DNA of 22,551 nucleotides from Bilabrum cf. latius. Taxonomy: Eukaryota. Where the stretch lies: the NCBI GenBank assembly GCA_965178125.1, contig OZ237749.1:1178001-1200551 (forward strand), written 5' to 3'. The translations under genes and the position numbers were made by a program. Shown one piece after another: positions 20,927 to 22,551 of this stretch (position 1 is its first letter; every line of letters begins with the position of its first letter). The notes beneath the pieces are model-generated. The model was not told where the DNA came from. It saw only the letters and a list, made by a program, of their open reading frames with translations, and ran no database searches.

Positions 20927-21906
20927 GTCCTGCCCACCTTCCAACCCTGCCACCACTTGCTCCCGTTCGTGATGGCCCATCCGGAGCGTATCCTGCCCAC
21001 CTTCCAACCCTGCCACCACTTGCTCCCGTTCGTGATGGCCCATCCGGCGCGTATCCTGCCCACCTTCCAACCCTGCCACCACTTGCTCCCGTTCGTGATG
21101 GCCCATCCGGCGCGTATCCTGCCCACCTTCCAACCCTGCCACCACTTGCTCCCGTTCGTGATGGCCCATCCGGCGCGTGTCCTGCCCACCTTCCAACCCT
21201 GCCACCACTTGCTCCCGTTCGTGATGGCCCATCCGGCGCGTATCCTGCCCACCTTCCAACCCTGCCACCACTTGCTCCCGTTCGTGATGGCCCATCCGGC
21301 GCGTGTCCTGCCCACCTTCCAACCCTGCCACCACTTGCTCCCGTTCGTGATGGCCCATCCGGAGCGTATCCTGCCCACCTTCCAACCCTGCCACCACTTG
21401 CTCCCGTTCGTGATGGCCCATCCGGAGCGTATCCTGCCCACCTTCCAACCCTGCCACCACTTGCTCCCGTTCGTGATGGCCCATCCGGCGCGTGTCCTGC
21501 CCACCTTCCAACCCTGCCACCACTTGCTCCCGTTCGTGACGGCCCATCCGGAGCGTATCCTGCCCACCTTCCAACCCTGCCACCACTTGCTCCCGTTCGT
21601 GATGGCCCATCCGGAGCGTATCCTGCCCACCTTCCAACCCTGCCACCACTTGCTCCCGTTCGTGATGGCCCATCCGGCGCGTATCCTGCCCACCTTCCAA
21701 CCCTGCCACCACTTGCTCCCGTTCGTGATGGCCCATCCGGCGCGTATCCTGCCCACCTTCCAACCCTGCCACCACTTGCTCCCGTTCGTGATGGCCCATC
21801 CGGCGCGTATCCTGCCCACCTTCCAACCCTGCCACCACTTGCTCCCGTTCGTGATGGCCCATCCGGCGCGTGTCCTGCCCACCTTCCAACCCTGCCACCA
21901 CTTGCT
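20927..21906. repeat. Subtelomeric minisatellite, 63-bp unit, 15 full copies plus a partial
   Basis: Tandem (A/G)TCCTGCCCACCTTCCAACCCTGCCACCACTTGCTCCCGTTCGTGATGGCCCATCCGG(C/A)GCGT units, nearly identical. Confidence 0.97.
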
Positions 21907-22551
21907 TTAGGGTTAGGGTTAGGGTTAGGGTTAGGGTTAGGGTTAGGGTTAGGGTTAGGGTTAGGGTTAGGGTTAGGGTTAGGGTTAGGGTTAGGGTTAG
22001 GGTTAGGGTTAGGGTTAGGGTTAGGGTTAGGGTTAGGGTTAGGGTTAGGGTTAGGGTTAGGGTTAGGGTTAGGGTTAGGGTTAGGGTTAGGGTTAGGGTT
22101 AGGGTTAGGGTTAGGGTTAGGGTTAGGGTTAGGGTTAGGGTTAGGGTTAGGGTTAGGGTTAGGGTTAGGGTTAGGGTTAGGGTTAGGGTTAGGGTTAGGG
22201 TTAGGGTTAGGGTTAGGGTTAGGGTTAGGGTTAGGGTTAGGGTTAGGGTTAGGGTTAGGGTTAGGGTTAGGGTTAGGGTTAGGGTTAGGGTTAGGGTTAG
22301 GGTTAGGGTTAGGGTTAGGGTTAGGGTTAGGGTTAGGGTTAGGGTTAGGGTTAGGGTTAGGGTTAGGGTTAGGGTTAGGGTTAGGGTTAGGGTTAGGGTT
22401 AGGGTTAGGGTTAGGGTTAGGGTTAGGGTTAGGGTTAGGGTTAGGGTTAGGGTTAGGGTTAGGGTTAGGGTTAGGGTTAGGGTTAGGGTTAGGGTTAGGG
22501 TTAGGATTAGGGTTAGGGTTAGGGTTAGGGTTAGGGTTAGGGTTAGGGTTA
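21907..22551 (+). repeat. Telomere (TTAGGG)n, about 107 units
   Basis: TTAGGG array to the end of the window, G-rich strand running 5'->3' toward the end. One TTAGGA variant at 22501-22506. Confidence 0.99.

Noticed and set aside
22501-22506. TTAGGA variant in the telomere
   Set aside because: A single substitution near the sequence end is as likely a sequencing or consensus error as a telomerase misincorporation.
17009-22551. One giant ORF running from 17009 into the telomere
   Set aside because: An in-frame TGA at 20837-20839 closes the gene before the minisatellite.

Overview
Terminal 22.5 kb of a compact, GC-rich, intron-poor eukaryotic chromosome, probably from a flagellated protist. 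It ends in a 63-bp subtelomeric minisatellite and a (TTAGGG)n telomere. The key result is a non-standard nuclear genetic code: TAG is read as glutamine. All ten genes I reconstructed by hand (IFT121/WDR35, prefoldin 6, ribophorin II, ARL2, RFC4-type subunit, MAPR/cytochrome b5-like protein, ERICH3-N-like protein, DDX54/Dbp10, and two large orphan ORFs) contain in-frame TAG codons, 54 in total. None contains an in-frame TAA, and all end in TGA. Several TAGs fall on conserved Gln positions, including the invariant Gln of the DEAD-box Q motif. The supplied ORF track is fragmented because it treats TAG as a stop. Homology calls come from recalled family motifs, not database searches.
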